A stretch of DNA of 62,257 nucleotides, filler included, from Stramenopiles sp. TOSAG23-3 (taxonomy: Eukaryota): the NCBI GenBank assembly GCA_900128585.1. It is 6 parts of 6 records of this genome, joined end to end, with 100 filler letters (N's around TTAATTAATTAA, not from the genome) between each part and the next. Parts side by side here need not be neighbours in the genome. Positions count along the whole stretch, not along the records: positions 29,274 to 43,789 come from LT642561.1; positions 43,890 to 58,378 come from LT642563.1; 4 more parts are not named here. One strand, 5' to 3'. The notes under the pieces were generated by a model. It was not told the origin of the DNA and did not search any database. It saw nothing but the letters and a program-made list of their open reading frames with translations. Position 1 is the first letter of the stretch. Every line of letters begins with the position of its first letter. The position numbers were made by a program, and so were the translations under genes. Positions 41,280 through 51,752 of the stretch are shown piece by piece.

Positions 41280-42584
41280 TCAATCCGCGCCTTGCTGAGT
41301 TTTGAATACTGTTGCAAACTGGTTTGTCATATTTATGTATAAACGCGCGGTGTTCTCTTTCTCAACCTCGTTAACGGATTCACTGTAGCCCACGTACTTT
41401 CCATCAATACGAAGCAAGCGCTGGAGGCGTTTGCACATTCTTTCTGCTCTTCTGGCCGAGTCACAGTTTTCAATGGTTGGTATGACTTTTGGTGTAGCTG
41501 GCTCGATTTGAGTGCCATGGATCCAATCATTAAAGCTATTGATAAACAATGCTTTGGGAAAAGGAACCAGCTCGAGCACACTTTGAAACCGAGTGCTGTA
41601 AAAGTATTCAGTACTGCCATGTGCTGGAACAGCACGAGGCTGTGACATGCTAGACTTACGCCATGGCCGAATTTTTCTGTCGTCGTAGCCAGGTGATATA
41701 GATGGAATGAACAGGATATTATTGCTGGTAGCATAATTGTTTATGTACTCCCAATTGCTAGTGTTACTCCCATACGCAATATCATCTGTTGCAAAGAACG
41801 TGGAGACCCCATCATATCCTTGGTCTACGGCATTTTGTAAACAGTCCTTGTGCACTACCGTAGCAATAAAAGTGAACCCTTCAAACCTTCCGCGCCTTAA
41901 AGACCCACGCAACATCAATGACGCTCCCATGTCTATCAAGTGGGCATCGTAAATGTAAAAAACTGGGCAAAACGATTTGTGACCACCGTACGCGCTCGTC
42001 AAATACGATACTGCGTCATAAACCTTTTGTCTGTCTCGTCCTCGAAACTCTTCTATTAAAAAGCCAACTTTTTGTCCGGCTTCAGCGGCCAGCTCCATGA
42101 GCAGTTTGACATTAGCATCAACATGAATACGATTTGAGATATCAGTAATTACGGAAGTAGACGAGGCCATACCGTCTTCATGGCTAATGCTCCAGGGCAC
42201 TATTAACACCTCGACGCCCGCCTCGATGGTATCTTGTATCTGCGCCGCCAACACGGATTTATCCCTGGACGAGTAGACTCCACGCTCTGGGTAATACTTT
42301 GATGGCAAGTCGTCGGGTGGTCGATATGAGACCCCCCTCGGAAGATTCCCGTGCACATTTCTGTCCCAATGTTCAATCACTGGATGGTTCCATTGCCGAT
42401 ATTCGGTATCATGCTCCGGGGCACCATAGCTCATCAGGAACAAGGCATGAGTCCGTGGCAAAGCGTGTTTATCCGCGCGATGATCTGCAGCACCAGCTAC
42501 ATCAACTTCCACAGTTACACTTGCAGCATCCTGTGCCATACACCACCCAACGATATATAGGATAATTACACCCCGGACGTTCAT
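41280..42584 (-). CDS. Glycoside hydrolase family 99 (endo-alpha-1,2-mannosidase/MANEA-like) protein with altered catalytic motif
   Basis: YRQWNH....HW, PPDDLPSKYYPERGVYSSRD, PVFYIYD, GYDG..TFFA, YGS...NW, FIPSISPGYDD..IRPW, INSFNDWIHGTQIEPA; N-terminal hydrophobic signal. Confidence 0.9.
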   Translation of the reverse strand: MNVRGVIILYIVGWCMAQDAASVTVEVDVAGAADHRADKHALPRTHALFLMSYGAPEHDTEYRQWNHPVIEHWDRNVHGNLPRGVSYRPPDDLPSKYYPERGVYSSRDKSVLAAQIQDTIEAGVEVLIVPWSISHEDGMASSTSVITDISNRIHVDANVKLLMELAAEAGQKVGFLIEEFRGRDRQKVYDAVSYLTSAYGGHKSFCPVFYIYDAHLIDMGASLMLRGSLRRGRFEGFTFIATVVHKDCLQNAVDQGYDGVSTFFATDDIAYGSNTSNWEYINNYATSNNILFIPSISPGYDDRKIRPWRKSSMSQPRAVPAHGSTEYFYSTRFQSVLELVPFPKALFINSFNDWIHGTQIEPATPKVIPTIENCDSARRAERMCKRLQRLLRIDGKYVGYSESVNEVEKENTARLYINMTNQFATVFKTQQGAD

Positions 42585-43789
42585 ACTTGCTGTTCTTCAA
42601 AGTAGCTACCAAATGGGACAACACCGTTTCTCCCAGTCAATATTGATCCTGCGCGACTTAATGATACCGATAGCGCTCCGAATCACATGTCTACCATGCC
42701 TCCTGCCATTGGGGGGGGGGGGTAATTTCAAATGAACAAGAATTGTCATTTTTATTATTTGTTTGTTTGTGTTTTTTGTTACGAAAATATAAGAAAAAAA
42801 AGCGCTGAGGAGGAGAAAAGGAGGAGCGAGAGAAGAAGAGGAGAGGAGAGGGAGGAAGAAGGAGTTATTTATCAAAAATATATAAAGTACACCACAGCAT
42901 CAGAGTTATTATTTATACTTGTAATATATACTCGTACAATGTATATAGAAGATGTATTTTTCAATTCTTTTGTGTGATGTGTGATTGCATTTTTTTCAAT
43001 TTTTGTTGTTGTTTCTCTGGGCTCTGGGCTCTGAGCTCTGGGGTCTCTTCTTGGTGAAAATAATAATCATCTGTAATATGTGATAGGAAGGTAATCATTG
43101 GTATAACTATATATAATTTGTAATAGTTCAGTGAATAACAGGAAATCATCAACTAATAAATAAACAACAATACTTGAATAATACTATTAACTATTAATAA
43201 AAGATAGTAATACCACAGTATATATTATAATATAGAATAAGAAGATGTACAAAACATTAAAAACTTCTTTAATTTAATAAAAAAAGAAGAAAGAAACTGA
43301 AAAGAGGGGGAAGAAGAGGAGGGATCTGAGGTATAATTAATAGCTTAGGTAAAAGAGGGGGAAGGATTATGACCAATAATGAGTCGAAGTACTTGACACT
43401 ACAACAACAACACAAATAACTATATAAATGAGACGAGGTACAGTTAAATTGTACATTGCTCTACATTCTACAGTGGCATACCAGAGAGAGAGACTAATTA
43501 TAATAAGAACAACAACTAAATATTATACCAGTGTGACTACTACTATATATATATCGCTTTTTATTCAACCAAGGAATGTGAGAAAGGAACCTTTACGCTT
43601 ACTCTGGTCGATCAATTGCAACCAATCCGGTATAACGTAGATAATATGCAGTAAAGTGAGTCAGAACATTTCCACGTTCGTATGCAAACAATTGTCAACA
43701 ATAGTCGTTATCTTGTTTGGTATAGACGATAGTGATGAAGAGAAGGTTGGCTGTGGTGTACCTTTTTGTGTGCGTCTTCCTTGGGCTGT

Positions 43790-43889
43790 NNNNNNNNNNN
43801 NNNNNNNNNNNNNNNNNNNNNNNNNNNNNNNNNTTAATTAATTAANNNNNNNNNNNNNNNNNNNNNNNNNNNNNNNNNNNNNNNNNNNN
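43790..43889. other. Artificial contig linker
   Basis: N44-TTAATTAATTAA-N44. Confidence 0.98.
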
Positions 43890-44369
43890 GTGATTATGAG
43901 GATTATGATTGGGTTCAGGATCGTATGGTAACATATCATAGGAATGATAATGATGGTCTCGACCGATTTTGATTTTTATGATTTTTATTAGTCATAGTCA
44001 CGAATTGACCTTACAATTGAGAGAATCTTGAGAGTCTTAAAACATACTATATAATTAGTGTTTTTTTTTATTTATTAATTTTTGTTTTTTTAAATTGAGA
44101 AGTGAATTAGTTTCAAAAAGACTGTCAAGAGGAAGGGAAGGGGGAAGCCAGGCTTCGAGTGTGTACCCTATTTACACGAACAGAAAACGATCAAACTCAG
44201 TACCGACCATTATTTCATCGAGCAGTACAACAGAGAACGAGCCCCTTTAAAAAATTTATGCCGCTGTTTACTAACCAATTGGAATCTTGACCAGTAATAG
44301 GGAAGGATCTGCAACAGGAGGATTTAAATGTACACACGTTGAAGAGATTGTGTTTTATTCACCCCTGGT

Positions 44370-45761
44370 TTACGCGTAGTTTCTTATTTCTTCCAATGCC
44401 AACCTGGCCCACCTTTTGACCAATGGGTAGTTTGCAAAATTTTCTTGCGCATCGTACAAAACGTTTAAGCCACCGCAGTCAATAATCTTTTTCCCACTTT
44501 TCCGATTGTGCCTTGCCAGAAAAAACAGGGCCAGGGCCCCGTTTTGTTGTACTAACTGGACGTGTGGTCTGGATCGCATTCCGCTTATTACCGCCTCAAT
44601 CCCACCCCGCGCCGCTACCATTGCCTGTATCTTTGAATTTTTAGCGGCGATTTCTGCTAACGTTTCCATGATCTCGACGGATGGCTTCGGCCGTTCCAAT
44701 ACGTTAGCCGAGTAGCCAGAGTGGACCATCTGATTCTTGAACACGCTCGTGCATACCCGCATTGTTATTTTGAACTTTTCATTGTCATCGTGTTTCCGAT
44801 ACACGTACCCACCGTCCAAGATGTCGTACAAGTCCACAGTGTTGGTGTTTACCCCGTTCACGGATACCCCGCGCAGATCCGGGGACATTGTGGACGCACA
44901 TTTTCTTTCCAAAAATGCGGCGGCCCGAGGCAGCAGCTTATCTTCTATTTTGATGGCATGGTAATTTGGGCCTTTCGTAATCTCTTCTAGGGCAAAGCGG
45001 CCGTATTTCAGCACCCACATGTCGTACTGAAAGTTTTGAAGCGCATCCTCCACGCATTTGTCCCCACCGACCGAGATCACGTGCCTTCGAACAATGGGCG
45101 AGTCAAACGTCAGCTGGAACAGAGCGCTGCACGCCTCTACTTGAAGCCATTTTTCTTCCGGTTTCTGTTTCATCTGAGAAATTATGAGGTCTACCCCACC
45201 GCGCTCTAAAATATATTCTTGGAGCTTTCTATTTGGGGGCGAGCCGGCGACAAAATGCCCCAAGACCTTGCAGGTCACTTCCCCAACAAACGGTTTTTCG
45301 TCATGCTTCCTCATACTTGCTATTGCGAGCGGGACTCCGGCCTCCCCCGCATAGTCCTGCATCCCTGGGTTTGGAGGATTGTTAATGAGCTGAGAAAATA
45401 TCCCCCACCCTGCTTCCTGTACCCCAGGAACAAGCAAATAATGGTGAAGCAGGTCGAGCAGCACCTCGACGGCCCCGTTGTTCAAAAAGGTTCGCTGTAC
45501 ATTGTTCTGCCGGTGTTCCCGGTTGATTAGATCGGACAGGGCGTACAGGGCATACTCAAGAACACCAGTGTTCTTTTTGATCGTTTTGTGCTCGTTTCTA
45601 ACCGTGGACCAGAGAGCTGAAACGTCATTGCACGCTTGAAGTCTGTCTATGTAAGCACGCTTCCGTTGCCCTGTTTTCCCAGCTTTGCTCCCCACCGACC
45701 GACCCGAACTGTGCGAGTAGTCCCTGTAGCTCGAACTATACGAAAAGGCCCCGTTACTCAT
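44370..45761 (-). CDS. Armadillo-repeat protein
   Basis: Repeated GG(V/I)..(I/V)...M..H/P....VQ..G/A..AL..L units: GAVEVLLDLL, GGVDLIISQM, GGIEAVISGM, GGLNVL. Confidence 0.85.
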   Translation of the reverse strand: MSNGAFSYSSSYRDYSHSSGRSVGSKAGKTGQRKRAYIDRLQACNDVSALWSTVRNEHKTIKKNTGVLEYALYALSDLINREHRQNNVQRTFLNNGAVEVLLDLLHHYLLVPGVQEAGWGIFSQLINNPPNPGMQDYAGEAGVPLAIASMRKHDEKPFVGEVTCKVLGHFVAGSPPNRKLQEYILERGGVDLIISQMKQKPEEKWLQVEACSALFQLTFDSPIVRRHVISVGGDKCVEDALQNFQYDMWVLKYGRFALEEITKGPNYHAIKIEDKLLPRAAAFLERKCASTMSPDLRGVSVNGVNTNTVDLYDILDGGYVYRKHDDNEKFKITMRVCTSVFKNQMVHSGYSANVLERPKPSVEIMETLAEIAAKNSKIQAMVAARGGIEAVISGMRSRPHVQLVQQNGALALFFLARHNRKSGKKIIDCGGLNVLYDAQENFANYPLVKRWARLALEEIRNYA

Positions 45762-46520
45762 GGGTCTCCGAAACAATGGGTGTCCTACCTGTATGTACTA
45801 TTGATGGCGGTCGATTTTGCAGGTACTACCCCCAGCCAGAAACGATGATTTCACGAAAGGGCTGCCCAGGCAAATTGTATACATACATATATATATATTA
45901 TAACTTAGGTAGGACATTTTGCATGGTGGCCTCTTCCAATAATTATTTGGTACTACTAATGGTACCTGGTACTACCGTACTATTATATAATACTGCGTAG
46001 GAGGTACTACTAAGAATGAAATCACCACATAGAAACACAGCATTGTCAACCCATCGAATTTTATATTTTTTGTGCTGTTGTTGGTGCTGTTGTTATATTA
46101 AACTTACTCTCTTTGTGCTAATAGGTGCTGCATGTTATAGAGCGGGTAAAATTCTACTACTTCAATCATCAGCATTGAGCTACTCATCTTGAACAAATTA
46201 AATCGAATCAATCGAATCAATAATCAATCGAATCAATCGAATCTCATCTCATTCAGCGTTTTTTTAATTTTTACCTATATATAATATATTACAATATAAA
46301 TATACTATAATAAAAATCAATTATAATAACTATATAATATTCATACAATAACTATATAATATTCATCCATACAATAAAAACAAAATTACTACTTTTTTTT
46401 TTTACCGTTGATGTTTTGATGTTTATACATTACACAGCATTAAAAAAAAGTGTTAATTCTTTCTAAATAATCGTTATTATCCCTTCCTCTTTCTATGTTA
46501 TAATATTTAGTAATTATAGG

Positions 46521-46635
<115 letters not shown>

Positions 46636-47114
46636 AGTCCAATATTTTTAGAAAGAAAAGAAAAGACAAGCCGACACAAGACGATAGAAGTGATTTTTTT
46701 TTTTTATTAAATAATATTATTATACAGTACATAAAAAAAATAATTATTATAATAATAATATAAGTAATAATAAAATTTAATAATTACTATGTTCGTTCAA
46801 GAAATTGCTAGCTCACCACTCATAGAGTGTTTCTTCTTCTATTAGCTTTTAAACAGGAAAGAAAGAAAGAAAGAAACGAACGGCATGTAGCCCCACAGCT
46901 TGATTGAACAATTTTCAATTCATTCACGTTTGATTGTTCTCTGCAATATTCATCTGCGTTTCGTTTCGTTTTGTTTGAGTTGTGTAACCTGTGTGTGGTT
47001 TAAGAGAAAGTACGAACGGTGGTGAATCGACGTTTTGTTCGCGTGTAAGTGGGACCATACCGTACAATACCAGTCCCTCTCCTCCTCCCTCCAGGCACAC
47101 ACACGCACGGCACG

Positions 47115-49092
47115 ATGAGTAGGCGCGGAAAGAAAAAGGGTATGCGCAATTCTGCGAGCGAAGGTGGGATCCTGCCCCAAATGTACGATACGCAGGGGGA
47201 CATGGCCGGCACGGACGGTAAGCCACGTCGGATATTCCACAAAAAGGACCTGATCGAGGCCGTCCGGCGGCTGTCTCCGGGCCGGGGGCGGAGTTCGCCG
47301 GGACTGCAAAAAAAACTAGTGAAGACGGGGAAGCGGCGGAGCACGGCAGGGCTCGAAGGTGGCGAAAGCGCCACCGCGACGACACTTCGGGCGCTGGAGA
47401 CCGGGGTGAACATGCACGCGAGGCGATACAATGAGCTCAAGATGGCGGCGGACAAGAAGCAACGGGAATTAGAAAAGCTCTGCGACAAGCTTCACGGGCT
47501 GGAGCTGGAGAACAAGAGCCTTCGAGAAATGCAGGGCGCCAAGACCGAGAGTAGTTCTAGAATTAAGAATTTGCAGAACGAGTGCAACGCGATACAGGAC
47601 GAGATGAGCGTGAAAATCAACTACCGAGAACAGTTGGACCACATGTTCGGCCGGCTTCAGACCAACACGATGAAATTTAGTGCGCACATCAAGAAGATGG
47701 AAGACGCCATGCATAGTAGTAAACGGGAGTACCAAGAAGTGAAGCTGCTGCTGCGCCAGCTCGAGCAAGGCAAAACGGAGGCCGTCGCAGAGCTCCAGGA
47801 CACCCTGAAGAAGCTTGCGCAGGAGCGCAAGGTCCGGAGCCAGGAGCTGCAGGGCCGCCAGCGTGAGGCGGAGAACGCGAAGCGAATGGAGCAGTGGAGG
47901 CTGGACCGCGAGAGGCAAAAGGCCGAGCTGCACGCGGAACTCCGTGGCGACCTCTCGAAAGAGGAGGAGGAGCGGCTGATCCAGAAACTGAAGGCCCGGG
48001 AGGGGCAGTCGGCGAAGCTCAAAGCGGCGAGCTTGGACCGCACGAAGAAGGCCCTGACACTAGAAGACGCGTTCGCCCAGATTCGCCAAGCGACGGGCGT
48101 AACGTCCCTCGAAGAGATGGTGGACAAGTTCCTCGGCCAGAGCGCGAACAAGGAGGCGCTGTTGGAGGAGAAAGCCCAGGCGGAGAAGGACTTGAAGGAC
48201 GTCGTCAAGGCGAAGCAGGGTGCGCAGAAGAAGTTCGCTGACATGAAGGCCCAAGTGGCCCAGTCGGGTATCGGCGGCGCCGAGCTGAACCGGGACATTT
48301 ACGACAAGCTTGACGAGGAGATCTTGGGAGCAAAGGCGGAGCTCAAAATGAATCGTTCCGCGGCCGACCGCCTGGAGCGCGTCTTGGTGTCCGTCCAGCA
48401 AGGGTCGTTAGGGCTTCGGCAGCGGCTGGAGCCGTTCAAAGATTTGCTGACGTTTGAAGAGCAGGAGGAACTTCCGCAGACGGGCGTCGATGCCCTGGAC
48501 ACGTTATTAGAGTGCGAGGCAAAGCTTCTGAAAATGTTAGAACATTTGGAAGTAGACGAGAGTGGGGGCGTCATGCCGGGGTCCCCTGCACGGTCGATGG
48601 CCGGGGGGGGGGGCCACGAGCCCTGGAAAGGACAACGGCCCCATGGGCGAAGGGCAAAAGAAGAACCTACAGCCATGGACTCCGTACGACAACGACGATC
48701 CGGACATGCACGCCTTCAATGTCCGTGTGAAAACACATAGGAAAAAGGGCTCCGACAACGTCAGTATGCCGTCCACCGCACGGTCCGGCGCCAGCGCTGC
48801 CATGGACGACGACGAGGACGAGGACGAGGACGAGCAGAGTTTGGCCGAACGCTTCAATTTGAAGCGCCGGTCGTTGCGCATACATGCGGTGGGGCGGGGA
48901 AAGCGCGAGCACGCAGCCCGGCTGCAGCGCGCGGCGGAAGATGACGGTGGGAAGCCCGGGAAAGGGAACGCGAAGAAATTGAACAAAAAGGCGCAGGCCG
49001 AGGCCACTGCCCGACTAATGGCAAGTTCTCCAAATAAGTCCAAGAATGACTTTAGCACTGCGTTCTTGACGACTCGTCCCGACCTAATGTAA
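47115..49092 (+). CDS. Outer-dynein-arm docking complex-type coiled-coil protein (CCDC151/ODAD3-like); apparent frameshift at G11 48603-48613
   Basis: EDAFAQIRQATGVTSLEEMVDKFLGQ motif within a long coiled coil. Protein-like sequence continues in the +1 frame (ATSPGKD...DPDMHAFNVRVK...TRPDLM) to the GC/AT boundary at 49092. Confidence 0.75.
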
Positions 49093-49134
49093 CGTGAGCG
49101 CACACTTTTCTCAAAAATTGGAAACCCACAAATA

Positions 49135-49182
49135 AAACAAGAAAATTGGCTGTTATTTAAGTAATTAAATTTAGCTTCGTCT
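49135..49182 (-). mobile_element. Short insertion element, copy B (48 bp), with 12-bp flanking direct repeat AACCCACAAATA
   Basis: Minus strand AGACGAAGCTAAATTTAATTACTTAAATAACAGCCAATTTTCTTGTTT; perfect direct repeats at 49123-49134 and 49183-49194. Confidence 0.8.
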
Positions 49183-49311
49183 AACCCACAAATATAAGAG
49201 ATTACGATTTACTCGTCAGTTTGTAAAGCATCTTGTCCAACACAGATGAGAACAAAATTAAAAGTTCATCTTGATAATTTAAATTAAAGCTCTTTCCACC
49301 CGCCCCCTTTT

Positions 49312-50109
49312 TTATATGATAAAATTCAATGCAGTGTTCACTGCAAATTGAACATCTTCTTGCCACTCTTTTGTCTGGTCATACTGCGGGAACGGGAACC
49401 CCACGGAATCGTTTCTCCATTGGACGTTATTGTTTCCGTTTTCCCATTGGAAGCCGACGTAGAATTGTTTTGCCTTGTCCGGGCAAGTGCCGTTACGCTT
49501 CGCTGGGGCGTACGTAGCATTGACAAAACAGTTCGCCATGACTTTGTCGCAGAGGTCCATCGTCAACGGTATTGCCCCGTCATAGGCTTTCGTAAAGTTG
49601 CCCATATCGAGTCCAGCCCGAGACATGGACCTTTCGATGGCGGGCTTCAACGCCTCCCACACTTGGGTCAAATAGGCGAACGCCCAGCACTTTCTCCCAA
49701 GCGTCGCAGGGGATTCAATCCTGGCCCCCGGCACCCGGGGCATGTCGTAGTATTGGACTTGGAACACGTACCACGTATACCACCACGTCGATCTGCTGGG
49801 ACTGGTTATGTCCATCCACTCTACAACTTGCTTCGCAGTGGTGGTATTCAGGCATGTGGTGGGGTCGACGAGCGCCTCCAAGACGTTGTTCATATAGATA
49901 GCTTGGTTCGGCCAGTCCCCCTGTGCCGATATCGTCTTGCATACGGCAGGGCCACCATCCAGTGAACATGTCAACACATTTTTCGCATAGACCAGCCGTT
50001 TGTCAGATTCCGCGCATGGAAAACGGAGGACTCGGTCGCCAGAGCAGCACTGAGACAGAAAGATACTGGCAACGAAGGCCAACACTCCCCACCCCCAGCA
50101 GCGCCCCAT
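49312..50109 (-). CDS. Secreted protein of unknown function (265 aa)
   Basis: Signal peptide; several Cys, Trp/Tyr-rich core, N-glycosylation sequons (NTT, NFT, NAT, NGT, NDS); fills a GC island. Confidence 0.8.
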   Translation of the reverse strand: MGRCWGWGVLAFVASIFLSQCCSGDRVLRFPCAESDKRLVYAKNVLTCSLDGGPAVCKTISAQGDWPNQAIYMNNVLEALVDPTTCLNTTTAKQVVEWMDITSPSRSTWWYTWYVFQVQYYDMPRVPGARIESPATLGRKCWAFAYLTQVWEALKPAIERSMSRAGLDMGNFTKAYDGAIPLTMDLCDKVMANCFVNATYAPAKRNGTCPDKAKQFYVGFQWENGNNNVQWRNDSVGFPFPQYDQTKEWQEDVQFAVNTALNFII

Positions 50110-50527
50110 CTTTCACTCGTAATATCCCTCCTCTTTCGTTTCAAAAAAAAAAAAAAACAGTAAATGAATGCTCCCCTCACCCTTTCCATTACCAATTTAC
50201 CGAATTATAATATATTAATTGGTTGCAATATTTACATCGTATATATACTGCCTTATAGCTGTATATATATATTGAAGTTGAATGTGAATGTGATGAATAT
50301 TAATAAAAAATATGATGTGGTGATCAATAATAATAATACCAACTACCAAGTATGAATATAAAAAAAGAGAGATGGGGTTTGGAGGAGTAGTTGGGTATTA
50401 TAACCGTGCCTGTTCCGTACTTGGAACCGTTAGTTTATACCTGTACCGTAACCTATATTACCGGGGGGGTCCCTTGGTATTATACAGGTACGGTACCGGT
50501 ACCGGATTTATTATTATTAAATCGGAG

Positions 50528-50875
50528 GAGGAAGAAGAAAAAGAAGAAGAAAAAAAAGGAAGAAGAAAAAAAAGGAAGAGAAGAAGAAGAAGAAGAAGAA
50601 GAAGAAGAAGAAAAAAAAGGAAGAGAAGAAGAAGAAGAAAAAGAAAGAAGAAGAAGAAAAAGAAAGAAGAAGAAGAAAAAGAAAGAAGAAGAAGAAAAAG
50701 AAGANNNNNNNNNNNNNNNNAGAAAAAGAAAGAAGAAGAAGAAAAAGAAAGAAGAAGAAGAAAAAGAAAGAAGAAGAAGAAAAAGAAGAAGAAGAAAAAA
50801 AAGAAAGAAGAAGATATTAATATAGAAGAAAAAGAAAGAAGAAGATATATATAATATAGAAGAAGAAGAAAAAAA
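50528..50875. repeat. Compound (GAA)n/A-rich purine tract with internal N gap
   Basis: Read directly; Ns at 50705-50720. Confidence 0.95.
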
Positions 50876-51345
50876 GGAACGAACAACATCGAAGAACAAC
50901 ATTTTTATTTATTATTATTATTACTGTACAGTCATTATAATAATGTATAGTCGTCTTCTATTATTATAGACTATAATATCATCATCATCATTCTTCATCA
51001 TCACATTCAAAAATAATAATTACAGTAGTAATATATATTTTTTTTTCTTCTTTGTTTTTGTTGTTGTTTTTTGTATTTATATTTTATGTGTTGTTTATAA
51101 ATTAATATATATATGTGACAAACAAGCAATACTAGACAGACGAAGCGACGGTCTTGAAAAAGAAGAAGAAAGGTTCATTCTACAATCGACCATGTGGCGA
51201 AAAATCAACATTTGAAACATATCACAGTTGAAGAACAACAAGTGTACCTTGTTGGAACAGCATCATACACATACACGTTCTTACCCCGAGAACCCCGAGA
51301 CCAGTTGATAGTTTATTGTATAGTTACCGATAACGTTTGATCATT

Positions 51346-51540
51346 ATGGCTGGGCCAAGGCTTGAAATGTTTAAGTTTGGTATTTACTTGATTGTTCCCG
51401 CACTCACCGTGCTTTATTTCGAACGCCCGCATGTTTTTCAAAAGTTTTTGAGGGAGCGGAAGTACATAGTTTTCCCACCGGAAGGACCCCGGCCGTCGGA
51501 GGACATTAAGGCGTCGCCGAAGCAGGAGTTTACCAAGTAG
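51346..51540 (+). CDS. PET100: Cytochrome c oxidase assembly factor Pet100-like protein (64 aa)
   Basis: MAGPRLEMFKFGIYLIVP...YF..P..F matches the Pet100 LE.FKF..Y...P.....YF signature. Confidence 0.8.
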   Translation: MAGPRLEMFKFGIYLIVPALTVLYFERPHVFQKFLRERKYIVFPPEGPRPSEDIKASPKQEFTK

Positions 51541-51752
51541 CCGTCGAGGCGTCTAGGGGAGGAGTTGGCACAGCGAGCGGGGCGATACGGCCCAGCGCAA
51601 GCGATGCCACCGCACACAGCGTACGTTGTGTACGCACGCACGCGAACAATGGTATTACGCCCTATTTCCTTAATAGTTTCTACTAACATTAGTATCAAAT
51701 ACTCTATATAATTTGTTTTTTTCAAATACTCTCGCACACTTTTCTATTTTTA

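Noticed and set aside
42606-42875. ORF containing a G12/C12 run upstream of GH99
   Set aside because: Mostly low-complexity spacer sequence; GH99 already has its own ATG and signal peptide.
45781-45916. U1-snRNA-like GATTTCACGAAAGG...CCCAGG and a 10-bp inverted repeat TGTCCTACCT/AGGTAGGACA
   Set aside because: No ATACTTACCTG 5' end or Sm site at the right spacing; the inverted repeat is too short to support an element.
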